From Candidatus Tanganyikabacteria bacterium (GTDB lineage Bacteria > Cyanobacteriota > Sericytochromatia > S15B-MN24 > VGJW01), in assembly GCA_016867235.1 (NCBI GenBank), contig VGJY01000002.1, positions 2,647-66,646 of the forward strand: a stretch of 64,000 nucleotides of DNA. The letters run 5' to 3'. Below, in pieces: positions 46,260 through 56,668 of this stretch (the first letter of the stretch is position 1; each line of letters begins with the position of its first letter). Under the pieces are notes generated by a model. It saw nothing but the letters and a program-made list of their open reading frames with translations. It was not told the origin of the DNA and did not search any database. The position numbers and the translations under genes were made by a program.

Positions 46260-47291
46260 TCAGGGGGTCAGCACGACCTTGCCGCAGTTGCCGCTCTGCA
46301 TCAGGGCGAAGGCCTCGGCGAAATGCTCCAGGGGGAAGCGGTGCGTGATGAGGGGCGCGATGTCCAGACGCCCGGACGCGAGCAGGGCGGAGGTCTGGTA
46401 CCACGTCTCGAAGACGCGGCGGCCGATGATGCCTTGCACCAGGGCGCCCTTGAAGACGATCTGGCTCGCCAGATCCAGTTCCACCGGGCCGCTGGGAATT
46501 CCCAGCATCGCGTAGCGGCCGCCATTTGCCAGCGCCTCGAAGCCCTGGCGGATGGCCTGCGGGTGGCCGGACATCTCGCAGACCACCTGCACCCCGCCCT
46601 CGTCGGTGGTCTCGGCGAGGATGTCGCCGACCACGTCGTCGCGCGTCGGGTTGAACGTCCGCGTGGCGCCCATCTTGCGGGCGAGATCCAGGCGGTAGTC
46701 GTTGACGTCGACCGCGAAGAGCTTGGTCGCTCCCGAGGCCCGCGCCACGCCCACGGCCATCAGGCCCTGGGGGCCGCAGCCGAACACCGCGCAGGTCTTG
46801 CCCGAGATGGGTCCTGAAAGCACGGTGTGGACGGCGTTGCCCAGGGGTTCTTGCAGCGATGCGAACTCCGGAGGGAGCGTCGCGGGGTTCTTCCAGGCAT
46901 TCTTGGCCGGGATGCGCACGAACTCGGCGTACGAGCCGTCGAGGTCCACGCCCAGGATGGTGGTGTCGTGGCAGATGTGGCCGTTGCCCTCCCGGCACTG
47001 CCGGCACACCCCGCAGATGACGTGGCTCTCGGCCGACACGTACTCGCCGCCGGCAAAGTCCACGACCGCCTCACCCACCGCCACCACGTCGCCGCTGAAC
47101 TCGTGGCCGATCACCAGCGGAGTCCGGATGCGGCCCTGCGCCCACTGGTTCCATTCGAAAATGTGCAGGTCGGTGCCGCAGATGGACGTGGCGCGCACCT
47201 TGACCAGGAGGTCCTTGGGGCCGACCTCCGGAACCGGCACCTCCCGGAGTTCGAAACCGTGCCCGGGCCCCTGCTTGACGATGGCCCGCAT
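46260..47291 (-). CDS. tdh: L-threonine 3-dehydrogenase (Zn-dependent MDR)
   Basis: An internal ATG gives MRAIVKQ. It has the GHEFSG motif, a structural Zn Cys cluster and GxGxxG. This is the canonical tdh-kbl pair. Confidence 0.8.
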   Translation of the reverse strand: MRAIVKQGPGHGFELREVPVPEVGPKDLLVKVRATSICGTDLHIFEWNQWAQGRIRTPLVIGHEFSGDVVAVGEAVVDFAGGEYVSAESHVICGVCRQCREGNGHICHDTTILGVDLDGSYAEFVRIPAKNAWKNPATLPPEFASLQEPLGNAVHTVLSGPISGKTCAVFGCGPQGLMAVGVARASGATKLFAVDVNDYRLDLARKMGATRTFNPTRDDVVGDILAETTDEGGVQVVCEMSGHPQAIRQGFEALANGGRYAMLGIPSGPVELDLASQIVFKGALVQGIIGRRVFETWYQTSALLASGRLDIAPLITHRFPLEHFAEAFALMQSGNCGKVVLTP

Positions 47292-47510
47292 GGCGGCCGG
47301 CAGCGCGCTCTCGGCGAAGGCCCGCGGGCCGCGGGCGGCGCGGCGCGTGCCGTCAGGCCGGGCGGCCGCCTGCGGATGCGACGGCGAGACGTCGGTACGC
47401 TGCCGCTCGATGGCCTCGCGCATGCCTTAACTCCTTATAAACACTGGCTTTCCAGGATACCACGCGCCAAGCGCGAGCGGCGCCGGGACCCGGCTCCCCG
47501 CCTGGTCGCG

Positions 47511-48575
47511 CTACCGTTCGGGCAGCCGGCGCAGGGCAGCGACGGCGGCGCGGCGCCTGGCGATCGAGCGCTCCAGCAGGCGGCGCGCCCGGGCGTCGTC
47601 CCGCTCGTCAGCCGCCTCCAGGAACAGCCGCCAGCCTTCCTCCATGGCCACCATGCTCTCGACCACCGCGGTCACGACCTGCTCGCGGCCGCGCGGCGGC
47701 GTCCCGTATTCGGCCAGGGTCATCCGGATCTCGTGCCACTCGGGGAGGACTCCCGCCAGGACCGCCCGGGTACGCCGCATGCGCAGGTGTGCCGAGCCGC
47801 GCCGCTCGGCGCCGATCTCTTCGAGGGTCGCGAAAGTCCTGGTGGCCAGGGCATTGAAGCGATCGAGCTGCGCCTGGAAGTCCGGCGGCGCCGGCCACAG
47901 GGCGGCGACCGCCCAGGTGCCCATCGCGAGGGCCGCGCCCTGGATCGCGCCGGCGGATCGCCTGAGCAGGGCGCGCTCGGCCAGCTGTGCCGGTCCCAGC
48001 GCCAGGCCGATGCCCAGTCCTCCCGCGAGCCCGCCGAGATGCGCGGCGTTGTCTATCTGCGGGTTCGCGGCGCCGAAGGCCAGGTTGGCGATCACGAAGA
48101 ACAGGGCGTTGCGCGCCAGGCCCTTCCACGACCCGCCCGCCACCTGCCCGGGGGCCCGCGCCAGCCAGCCGAGGACCAGGCCGTACAGGCCGAAGATGGC
48201 GCCCGACGCGCCGACCGCCGTCAGGTGGGGGTTCCACGCGAGGCTGGCGACGCCCCCGCAGAAGCCCGCGGCCAGGTACGCGAGCAGGAAGTACCCGGCC
48301 CCGATGCGCCGCTCGACGAACCGGCCCACGTCCCATAGCACCCACATGTTCAGCGCCAGGTGGACGAGCCCCGCGTGCACGAACAGGCTGGTGAAGAGCC
48401 GCCACGGCTCGCCCCCGGCCGTCCGCGGGCCGTACGTGGCGCCCCAGGCGAGCATGTCGGCGACCGCCGGTTCCAGCCAGTCGGCGCCCGCGGCGCAAGC
48501 CGCCCCGTACAGCCCGACACAGCCCGCCAGGAGGGCCGCCGTGGCCACGGCGCGCCGTTCGGCGGGCGGGCTCAT
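47511..48575 (-). CDS. rhomboid-family intramembrane serine protease with C-terminal extension
   Basis: 354 aa with the GASGAIFG serine motif and an HLGGL histidine motif. Confidence 0.75.
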   Translation of the reverse strand: MSPPAERRAVATAALLAGCVGLYGAACAAGADWLEPAVADMLAWGATYGPRTAGGEPWRLFTSLFVHAGLVHLALNMWVLWDVGRFVERRIGAGYFLLAYLAAGFCGGVASLAWNPHLTAVGASGAIFGLYGLVLGWLARAPGQVAGGSWKGLARNALFFVIANLAFGAANPQIDNAAHLGGLAGGLGIGLALGPAQLAERALLRRSAGAIQGAALAMGTWAVAALWPAPPDFQAQLDRFNALATRTFATLEEIGAERRGSAHLRMRRTRAVLAGVLPEWHEIRMTLAEYGTPPRGREQVVTAVVESMVAMEEGWRLFLEAADERDDARARRLLERSIARRRAAVAALRRLPER

Positions 48576-51281
48576 CTAGCCCGTGTAGGGCACCGGCGGC
48601 ATGCTCACCGGATAGCTGGGTGCCGGGCCGTAGCCCTCGGCCTGCCGCAGGACCGTGGCGATGGCCTCCTCGGTGTCCGCGCAGCCGATGACGACCAGAT
48701 CGCCCTCGCGGGCCAGGCTCATGCCGTAGTTGATGGACTCGGCCTCCTGGAGCACCACGTGCAGGCGTTCGGCGGAGAAGTTCGCGCTCTCGACGCCGCG
48801 CTTGATGACCCCTGCGACCTCGCCCGCCTGCCGGCCGCGCAGATCGGTCATCTCGCGCACCACCAGTTCGTCGAAGGTGCCGGCGCAGATGCGCCCGACC
48901 TCTTCGAGTTTCTCGTCGTAGCGGTCGCCCGGCGCGGTGATCACGCCGATGAGGCGCCGCCGTTCCATCTGCGCCACGGTCTCGCAGATGGCGCGATAGG
49001 AATCGGGATTGTGGGCGTAGTCGATCAAGACGGTGAAATCGCGCACCCGCACCATGTTGAGGCGGCCCGGGTTCTGGTCGATGGTGCTCTGGAACGACGC
49101 CACGCCGCTCACGATCTGGTCGTGCGAGAGGCCCGCATGGATGAGGATTGCCACCGCCGCCAGCAGATTCTCGACGTTGTGGCGGGCGCGGCCGCGCAGG
49201 GTCACCGGGATGCGTTCGACCTCCACCAGGGGCATCCGGTGCTCGCCGACCGCGACCATGATCATGTTGCGCCGCAGGTACACCGCCGTCCCGCCCTTCA
49301 TCAGGTGATCCTCCACGACGGGATGGCGGTCCTCGGTCGAGAAGAACGTCACCTTGGTGCCCTCGGGCGCCTCCTGGGCCATCTCGCGGCAGTGGGCGTC
49401 GTCGGCGTTGAGGACCGCGTGGCCCTTGGCGCGCTGCACGAGCAAGCGCTTCACGCGGGCGAGATCTTCCAGGCTCTCGGCGCCATGCTGGCCGAGGTGA
49501 TCGTCGCGGATGTTGAGCACGGCGCCGACATCGCACCACTCGAATGCCATGCCGCGCTTGAAGAGGCCCCCGCGGGCGGTCTCGAGCACGGCGAACTCGC
49601 ACTGGGGATCGGTCAGCACCGTCCGCGCCGACCAGTAGCCGGTGCAATCCCCCTTCACGACTCGCTTGCCGTCGAGGTAGATGCCCTCGGTGGTGGTGAC
49701 GCCGACGCGGATGCCGGCCTGGCGGATGGCGTGGCCCACCAGCAAGGCGGTGGTGGTCTTCCCGTTGGTGCCGGTGATCGCCACGATCGGGATGCGCGTG
49801 GGGCTGCCGGGCGGGTAGAGCATGTCGATGATGGCGGCGCCGACGTCGTGGGGTTCGCCCTCGCTGGGATGCTGGTGCATGCGGATGCCGGGGGCGGCAT
49901 TCACCTCGATGATGGCTCCGCCCTGCTTGTCCAGGGGCTGGGAGATGTCCTCGACCACCACGTCGATGCCGGCGACGTCCAGTCCGACCTTCTTGGCGGC
50001 GCGGACGGCCATCACCGCGTTTTCCGGGTGGATCTGATCGGTCAGGTCGATGGCCGTCCCGCCGGTGGACAGGTTGGCGTTGCTGCGCAGGAGCACCATG
50101 GCGCCCTCGGCCGGGACGCTGTCGGGCGTGCAACCCTGCTTTTGCAGGACCTCGACGACGTTGCCGTCGATCTTGAGCTTGGTCAGGGGCTTTAGATGGC
50201 CGGTGCCGCGGCGCGAATCCGTATTGGCCTCCTCCATGAGCTGCTTGATGGACTGCCTGCCGTCGCCGATCACGTGGGCGGGCAAGCGCCGGGCCACCGC
50301 CACCACGCGATCGCCCACCACGAGCACGCGGTGGTCCTGGCCCTTGATGAACTCCTCGACGAGCACGCTGCGGCCGTACTCGCGGGCGAGATGGAAAGCG
50401 GCCTCGACGTGGGCCGGATCGGACACGTTGACCGTGACGCCCTTTCCCTGGTTGCCGTAATGGGGCTTGACGGCCACCGGCCTGCCCATGCGCCGCGACA
50501 CCGCCAGCGCCTCCTCCACCCGCGTGACCACCTCGCCGCGGGGGACGGGCAAGCCCGCCTCGCGCAGGAGCGCGTTGGTCAGATCCTTGTCCGACGCGAT
50601 ATCGACCGCGATGTGGCTCGTCTCGCTGGTGAGCGCCGCCTGGATGCGCCGCTGGTAGCGGCCGTAGCCAAGCTGGAACAGCGACGCCTCGTCGGTCACC
50701 CGGAACGTGGGGATGCCGCGCCGCGCCGCGGCCTCGACGATGGCCGCGGTGCTGGGCCCGAGGCTGTGGCGCTTGGCCCAGTAGCGCAGGTTGTCGAGAT
50801 CCTCCGCGATATCGAGCATCTCCCCGCGGCACAGCGACTCGACGATGCGGATGCCGACCCACACGGCCTCCTGGACGACCTTCTCGAGCTTGTACGACAC
50901 GACGATCTGGTAACAGCCAGGATGCCGCTTGACCTCGCGGGCCTTCCCGTAGCCCACGTCGACGCCCGCCAGGCACTGCAACTCGATGATGGTGTGCTCG
51001 AGGATGTGCGCCATGTAGGTGCCTTCGTGGAGGCGTTCCACGAAGCCGCCGCGGTAGCCGCGGGAGCAGCGGTGATCCCCCAGCGTCGGGATCAGGTCGA
51101 CCATCTTGTCGGCAAAGCCCGGGAAATCGGTCGACGGCCGGTCGTACAGCTCCTGGAGATCGACCACGAGCAAGTAGGCGGGCCGGGGGCTGTAGAGGTT
51201 GGGACCGCGCAGGACGCGCCTCTCCAGGACCTTGATGGGCAACTTGGGGATCTCCTCTCGACGGCCGCGGGAAGTCGCCAT
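48576..51281 (-). CDS. cphA: cyanophycin synthetase
   Basis: 901 aa with an ATP-grasp N-terminal half and a Mur-ligase-like C-terminal half (ITGTNGKTTT). Confidence 0.85.
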   Translation of the reverse strand: MATSRGRREEIPKLPIKVLERRVLRGPNLYSPRPAYLLVVDLQELYDRPSTDFPGFADKMVDLIPTLGDHRCSRGYRGGFVERLHEGTYMAHILEHTIIELQCLAGVDVGYGKAREVKRHPGCYQIVVSYKLEKVVQEAVWVGIRIVESLCRGEMLDIAEDLDNLRYWAKRHSLGPSTAAIVEAAARRGIPTFRVTDEASLFQLGYGRYQRRIQAALTSETSHIAVDIASDKDLTNALLREAGLPVPRGEVVTRVEEALAVSRRMGRPVAVKPHYGNQGKGVTVNVSDPAHVEAAFHLAREYGRSVLVEEFIKGQDHRVLVVGDRVVAVARRLPAHVIGDGRQSIKQLMEEANTDSRRGTGHLKPLTKLKIDGNVVEVLQKQGCTPDSVPAEGAMVLLRSNANLSTGGTAIDLTDQIHPENAVMAVRAAKKVGLDVAGIDVVVEDISQPLDKQGGAIIEVNAAPGIRMHQHPSEGEPHDVGAAIIDMLYPPGSPTRIPIVAITGTNGKTTTALLVGHAIRQAGIRVGVTTTEGIYLDGKRVVKGDCTGYWSARTVLTDPQCEFAVLETARGGLFKRGMAFEWCDVGAVLNIRDDHLGQHGAESLEDLARVKRLLVQRAKGHAVLNADDAHCREMAQEAPEGTKVTFFSTEDRHPVVEDHLMKGGTAVYLRRNMIMVAVGEHRMPLVEVERIPVTLRGRARHNVENLLAAVAILIHAGLSHDQIVSGVASFQSTIDQNPGRLNMVRVRDFTVLIDYAHNPDSYRAICETVAQMERRRLIGVITAPGDRYDEKLEEVGRICAGTFDELVVREMTDLRGRQAGEVAGVIKRGVESANFSAERLHVVLQEAESINYGMSLAREGDLVVIGCADTEEAIATVLRQAEGYGPAPSYPVSMPPVPYTG

Positions 51282-51605
51282 GGTAGCTCAGGCCGCGTCT
51301 TTATTGAACTTTTAACACAAGGAATCGTGACTTAACGCCCATAACACTCCCGGGGTAGCACAGGTGGTGGGGTAACTCGGAGATGTTCAGATCGTGTCCT
51401 GACATGTGGCCGCATCTGCAGCGGCCGGAGAAGTCGGCCGAGGCGGCCGTGGGTCGCCGAACGCGCACGATGCCGCTGGTTCTGGACGAGGTGCGCGAGA
51501 TCGTGGAGTCCAGCTTGCGGCGGGCGCCGCGGCGGGCGCGCACCAGGGAGCTGCGGCTGCTGTTCTCGTCTTGAGGCCTCGCGGCTCGGGGGGCCGTCCG
51601 GACGC

Positions 51606-52517
51606 CTAGGGGCGCGGCGCGATTGACCGCTGCCGCTCGGCCTGGGCCTCCGACTGGATGCCGATCGCGGGCCAATCCGGTTCGGGACAGCCGCAGCGCC
51701 AGTCCGCGCCTAGCGGCACGCGATTCTCGATGTTGAACGCCATCCCGGCGGGCAGCATGTGGAGCCGTACGTTCATCATCGCCAGCAACTCGCCCGTCTC
51801 GGCGGTCGTGACGTTGGAGTTGCCGATCTCGCGGCCGTCCAGGATGGTCACCATCCCACTGCCGACGATGCGGAAGTCGTAGTTCGGACAGACCACCATC
51901 GCCGTGTTCTCGTCGATGCCCAGCCCCAGGATGAACGGGTTCTGGGCCACTATCGACAGCAAGCGTCCCAGTCGCTGCCGCTGCAGGAAGTGCTGATCGA
52001 CGACCACGCGCCGCAGGAAGCCCAGGCCGGGGGCCAGGTGCAACATGTGCTTGCGCGGGTGCAGGCCCATGCCCCCCTCGGCGATCATGTGTTCGCTGAT
52101 GGCACTCGCCCCCGCCGACGTGCCTGCGATGGTGAGGCCGCGCTTGTGTGCGCGGTGCATGGCCTTGGCGACCTCGGTACCTCCCAGGATCGACGAGATC
52201 CGGTTCTGGTCGCCGCCCGTCAGGAAGACGCCGGTGCTTGCATACACCAGGTCGGCGTGGGCGGGATCGTTGGCCTCCTCTCGCGAGTCGATCGGCAGGT
52301 ATTGCACCTCGGCGGCGCCAAGAAGCTTGAACAGCCGCGCGTAGGTCTGCCACTTGGCCTCGGCGTTCAGCGAAGCCGTGGGGACGACCACGATGCGGGC
52401 GTTGCGGCCACCGGCGATGTCCACGACCGAGGCGAGGATGGGACTGTCGATTTCCTTGGACTCGGCCCCGCCGATGAGGATCAGGTGGCCGCGGCGATTC
52501 GGCGCATCAATGGTCAT
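51606..52517 (-). CDS. cphB: cyanophycinase (peptidase S51)
   Basis: An internal ATG gives MTIDAPNRRGHLILIGGAE. The motif GTSAGASA and a Ser-His-Glu triad context are present. Confidence 0.8.
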   Translation of the reverse strand: MTIDAPNRRGHLILIGGAESKEIDSPILASVVDIAGGRNARIVVVPTASLNAEAKWQTYARLFKLLGAAEVQYLPIDSREEANDPAHADLVYASTGVFLTGGDQNRISSILGGTEVAKAMHRAHKRGLTIAGTSAGASAISEHMIAEGGMGLHPRKHMLHLAPGLGFLRRVVVDQHFLQRQRLGRLLSIVAQNPFILGLGIDENTAMVVCPNYDFRIVGSGMVTILDGREIGNSNVTTAETGELLAMMNVRLHMLPAGMAFNIENRVPLGADWRCGCPEPDWPAIGIQSEAQAERQRSIAPRP

Positions 52518-52545
52518 GCAAGGCGGATCATACCCGCCCGCGGCC

Positions 52546-53004
52546 TCAACCGCTCTTCGAGATCGTGCGCGAGTGGTCGGCCAGCGACGCGGCGAGCGAC
52601 TCCAGGCCCAGGAACAGCCACTTCCGCTCGGCCGGGGGCAGATCGAGCACGTGACTCGCGCGATTGAGGTCGAGGGTGACCCCAGCGCCACGCGCTTCTT
52701 CCAGCGTCTCCCACTCCTCGTCCGTCAAGGGGTGCTTGCCCGCGGTAGGCCGGCAATCCACGACCTCGAGCCGCGGCTCCTCGCCGCGGGCGACACGGAA
52801 CAGGAACTCGGCATCCACGCGCAGGCCATGGGCGAGTTTCTGCAGGGTGTCGAGCGAGGGGGCCTTCGTGACGCGGCCGACCATGATGTTGGCCAGCGTG
52901 CCCGGATTAAGGCCGGAGAGCCGAGCGAGCTCATTCTGGCTGATCCCCAGCTCCGCTCGGCGGACCCGGATAAAGGCCACGAGACGATCTACAGCGGATT
53001 TCAT
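52546..53004 (-). CDS. XRE-family helix-turn-helix transcriptional regulator
   Basis: ELGISQNELARLSGLNPGTLANI is an HTH_3-type motif. The gene is 28 nt upstream of cphB on the same strand. Confidence 0.7.
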   Translation of the reverse strand: MKSAVDRLVAFIRVRRAELGISQNELARLSGLNPGTLANIMVGRVTKAPSLDTLQKLAHGLRVDAEFLFRVARGEEPRLEVVDCRPTAGKHPLTDEEWETLEEARGAGVTLDLNRASHVLDLPPAERKWLFLGLESLAASLADHSRTISKSG

Positions 53005-53019
53005 CTGAATTACTCTCGA

Positions 53020-53060
53020 AGAAAGCAATATTAACCGCCCCACGTGATGTAAAGAAACGG
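53020..53060 (-). promoter_or_regulatory. putative sigma70-type promoter for the XRE regulator/cphBA
   Basis: On the minus strand the element is TTTACA-N17-TATTGC, with a cacgtg palindrome in the spacer, about 30 nt upstream of the ATG. Confidence 0.3.
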
Positions 53061-53133
53061 GCGCGGTTTGACCCGATGAGGCCCCTGGGGATGCGCTCGC
53101 AGGTCGGATGGCTTGCGGTTGCGATCTACCCTA

Positions 53134-54885
53134 TCACCGGAGGGCGGGGGTCTTGAACCCCCTTGCAAGTTTGACTTCCGCTTCGTAGCGCTCCGCCTCG
53201 CGTTGCGCCCAGGCAACAGCCTCGGTGCGCGACCACCCGAGCGACTCTCCCACCTCGCGGCCCACCAGGTCGGCCACCTCGGCGAGGCAGCCGAGGCCGG
53301 AAAACGCGTCCACCAGCTGAATTCGCAGCCGGCGCGCCAGCACGTCGGCCACCGAGAGCGCACCTTCGTGCCGGACGGCAAACGCGACTTGCGCGCGCCA
53401 GAACGGCACCTCCGCCGAAAGATTGCCGATTTCCCCCGCCAGGCGGCCCTCCGCGCGGGCAATGTCGAGGACCGGCCGAAAGCCGCTGCCGTACACCTGC
53501 GCAAGGCGCCCGACCATCCGGGCCTCGCTGGCGGCCGCTCCGGCGCGTTCGCGTTCCACGAGGGCGGCGAGCTCCTCCGGGCGCGTCGGGCCGCCGTACG
53601 GCACGACCCGCGCCCTGGGCACCCGGCCGCCCGCGGCGCACCCTGCCGCCCGCAGGCTCCTGGCGACGCGATCGACCAGTTGCCGCGCCATGACCCGGTA
53701 CGTCGTCAGCTTCCCCCCGGCCAGGCACCAGATGCCCGACGGCGTCTCGAAGATCTCGTGCTCGCGCGAGATGTCGGACTCGAACTCCGCGTGCGCGGGC
53801 GCCACAAGCGGCCGCCAGCCGCCGAACGCGCTGATGACGTCGTCCGCCCGCAGGTTCATCCCGGGGCATGCGGCATTGACCGACCCGAGGAGATAGCCGA
53901 CCTCGTCGGCCGTGGCATGCGTGTCTCGATCGAGGTAGCCGTCGCCGTCGGCGGTGCCGGGATTGGCCGTATCGGTCGTGCCGATGAGCGATCGCTCGCC
54001 CCAGGGGATCACGAACATGTACCGGCGCCGGCCGTCGGCATGCGGCAGGGTCTTGAGGATCAACGCATGGCCATGCGTGAAGCTGGGGACCACGACGTGA
54101 ATGCCCTTGGTGGGCAACAGCTTGCGGGGCGCGTCCGGCCGATCCAGGCGGTTGACCGCGTCCAGCCAGGGCCCCGCGGCATTGACGACTGCGTGGCCCC
54201 TGATCTCGAAGGGTTCGCCACCGAGGGCGTCGCGCGCGATCACGCCCGTCACGCGGTGCGCCCGATCGTAGGAGAAGCCCTCGGCCTGGCAGTAGTTGGC
54301 CACCGTGGCGCCCAGCAGCGAGGCCGCCTTGACCACGTCGATCACCAGGCGGGCGTCGTCGGTCAGGCCATCCACGTAGCGCAGGGCGCCTATCAGGTCG
54401 GCCTTCTCGAAACAGGGCTCCTCCGCGCGCAGGGCGTCCGGATCGAGGCTGCCATGCCACTTCGAGGCCGAAAAGCCCGTCAGGGAACTCAGGGTTTCGT
54501 AGACCGTGATCCCCAGGCGCGCTTGCCAGAGCGTCAGGCGTCGCCCGGACTCCACCGGGTAGATGAACGGCAGCTCGCGCGCCAGGTGCGGCACCTGGCG
54601 GAACAGGCGGTTGCGCTCCATCAGGGCTTCACCGACCAGATGGAACCGGAACTGCTCGAGGTACCGCAGGCCGCCGTGCAGCATCTTGCTGGACTTGCTG
54701 CTCGTGCCGCTGGAAAAATCGAGGCGTTCGACCAGTGCCACCGAGAGCCCGCGCGCCGCGGCCTCGTGCGCGATTCCCGCCCCGCAGATGCCGCCGCCGA
54801 TGACCACCAGGTCGAAGTGCTTGCGGCCCATCTCCAGGAGCGCAGCCTGCCTGGCTTGCGGGGAGAGGGCCGGGAGCGACGCCAT
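53134..54885 (-). CDS. glpD: FAD-dependent glycerol-3-phosphate dehydrogenase
   Basis: 583 aa with the DLVVIGGGICGAGIA FAD motif and GlpD family features. Confidence 0.8.
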   Translation of the reverse strand: MASLPALSPQARQAALLEMGRKHFDLVVIGGGICGAGIAHEAAARGLSVALVERLDFSSGTSSKSSKMLHGGLRYLEQFRFHLVGEALMERNRLFRQVPHLARELPFIYPVESGRRLTLWQARLGITVYETLSSLTGFSASKWHGSLDPDALRAEEPCFEKADLIGALRYVDGLTDDARLVIDVVKAASLLGATVANYCQAEGFSYDRAHRVTGVIARDALGGEPFEIRGHAVVNAAGPWLDAVNRLDRPDAPRKLLPTKGIHVVVPSFTHGHALILKTLPHADGRRRYMFVIPWGERSLIGTTDTANPGTADGDGYLDRDTHATADEVGYLLGSVNAACPGMNLRADDVISAFGGWRPLVAPAHAEFESDISREHEIFETPSGIWCLAGGKLTTYRVMARQLVDRVARSLRAAGCAAGGRVPRARVVPYGGPTRPEELAALVERERAGAAASEARMVGRLAQVYGSGFRPVLDIARAEGRLAGEIGNLSAEVPFWRAQVAFAVRHEGALSVADVLARRLRIQLVDAFSGLGCLAEVADLVGREVGESLGWSRTEAVAWAQREAERYEAEVKLARGFKTPALR

Positions 54886-54900
54886 ACTTCCTGGATCCTA

Positions 54901-56544
54901 CTACAGGAAGAAGATCCCCGGATTCAGCAGGCCCGGCGGATCCACCCCGCGCAGCGCGCCCCGCACGAGTGCGGCGCCGGCATGGCCGGCGTGGCGCCCG
55001 TACCATGCCGCGTGGTCCCGGCCGACGCCATGGTGATGGCTCAAGGCCCCGCCATTGGCCAGGATCGCGTCGGTCGCGGCCTGCTTGGCCGCCCACCACT
55101 GCTCGATCGGGCGCTCGGCATCCTGGCGCGCGAGGAAGGTGAAGTACAACGAAGCGCCGACCTCGTAGGCATGCGAGAGGTGGCAGAAGACCCAGGCGGG
55201 CGTTCCCCAGTCGGCCAGGGCGCGGTGAAGGGCCCCCGTCACCGCGCCATGCAACGCTTCCAGGTTGGACCAGACCGTGGCGGTCTCGAGCGTGTCGACC
55301 ATGACGCCGCGATCGAGCAGGACGTCTCGCAGGTAGGGGAGATCGAAGCGGTGGTCGTACCACTCCCGCCCCACCCGCTCTCCCAGCCCCATCCCGCCGG
55401 CCGCCGCCACCGCCTCCTCGGTCAGGCGCCGCTCGTGCTCGAGATCGGACGCCCGCGCGTGCTCGAAACCCATGATGAGCAAGCACCTGCCATCCAGCGG
55501 ACCGAGCATGCGCTTCACGAGACCGGCGACCAGGCGGCCCGGTCCTGGCGGCGTTTCCCGCCGCAGCGCGAAGGTCCCCTCCGTTTCGGCCGCGTCCGAA
55601 AGGCGCAATGTCGCGGGCTTCCCGCCGGCCTGGAGTATGGTCCTGACAGCGCGGGCGCCGCTGGAAAAGTCGCGGAGCAGGGCGGCCTGGTAGCGGCGCA
55701 CCCGCGGGACCGGCCGGACGCGGAGCGTCGCCTCGGTGATGATGCCGCAGGTCCCCTCGCTGCCGGCCAGGAAGCGATTGAGGTCCGGGCCGTCGCTCGC
55801 GGCCGGGACGCAAGGCGTCGCGAGTTCGCCGGCAGGGGTGGCCAGGCGCAAGGCCACGACCATGTCCTCGATCTTGCCGTAGCGCGTGGACTGCTGGCCC
55901 GCCGACCGCGCGGCGATCCAGCCGCCGAGGGTCGAGAATTCGAAGGACTGCGGGTAGTGGCCAAGCGTGAAGCCCTGCGCCTCGAGCTGCCGCTCCAGGT
56001 CGGGGCCCAGGATGCCGGCCTGGATCCGGGCCGTCCGGCTTTCGCGGTCGAGCGCCAGGACTCGATCGAGGCGCGCCAGGGACACGACGAGGTAGGGGCG
56101 GGGCGGACCCTCGACTCCGCCCACCACCGAAGTCCCGCCACCGAAGGGCACCACGGGCATCCCCAGCTCGGAGGCGGCCGCCAGGACGGCAGCGACCGCC
56201 TCGTGGCTGCCGGGAGCCAGCACCGCCACGGGGGGATTCCCCACCGTGCCGCGCCGCAGCCTAACCAGGTCCCGGTACGATTTCCCGAAGGCGTGCCGCA
56301 CGCGCGCTTCGTGATCGGTGGTGAGCGCATCCGCACCGCCGGCCGCCGCCGCGAGGCGCACCAGCACGGACTCCGACACGCCGGGAGCCGGGAGAGCGAT
56401 GTCGTCCAAGGCGACCGGCGGCCGCCCACCGGCCGGTTCGCCGATGCGGGCGGTCAGGGCGGGCCAGAGCCTGGGTCGATCGTCCAGGGAAAAGGACTTC
56501 GTCGGGTCGCCCCAGCCAAACCAGCGCGTGAGCATGCGGACCAT
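54901..56544 (-). CDS. FAD-linked oxidase (GlcD/alkyl-DHAP-synthase-like)
   Basis: FAD_binding_4-like region VVPFGGGTSVVGG with a C-terminal FAD-oxidase domain. The start was chosen at the internal ATG (MVRMLT). Confidence 0.7.
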   Translation of the reverse strand: MVRMLTRWFGWGDPTKSFSLDDRPRLWPALTARIGEPAGGRPPVALDDIALPAPGVSESVLVRLAAAAGGADALTTDHEARVRHAFGKSYRDLVRLRRGTVGNPPVAVLAPGSHEAVAAVLAAASELGMPVVPFGGGTSVVGGVEGPPRPYLVVSLARLDRVLALDRESRTARIQAGILGPDLERQLEAQGFTLGHYPQSFEFSTLGGWIAARSAGQQSTRYGKIEDMVVALRLATPAGELATPCVPAASDGPDLNRFLAGSEGTCGIITEATLRVRPVPRVRRYQAALLRDFSSGARAVRTILQAGGKPATLRLSDAAETEGTFALRRETPPGPGRLVAGLVKRMLGPLDGRCLLIMGFEHARASDLEHERRLTEEAVAAAGGMGLGERVGREWYDHRFDLPYLRDVLLDRGVMVDTLETATVWSNLEALHGAVTGALHRALADWGTPAWVFCHLSHAYEVGASLYFTFLARQDAERPIEQWWAAKQAATDAILANGGALSHHHGVGRDHAAWYGRHAGHAGAALVRGALRGVDPPGLLNPGIFFL

Positions 56545-56668
56545 GATGGTTCCCCGCCATGGCAAGGGCAAGTGGCCGAATTCTCTCGTCCATCGCCAAG
56601 CTAGGTACGAGCCTGCCTTCCCCTTAGCGTGTGTCCGCCACAACCGGAATCGAAAGGGAAGGTACAGC

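Noticed and set aside
53140-53165. Hairpin gggggtcttgaaccccc near the 3' end of glpD, which looked like a terminator.
   Set aside because: It lies inside the glpD coding sequence, encoding ...ARGFKTPALR, so it is more likely coincidental.
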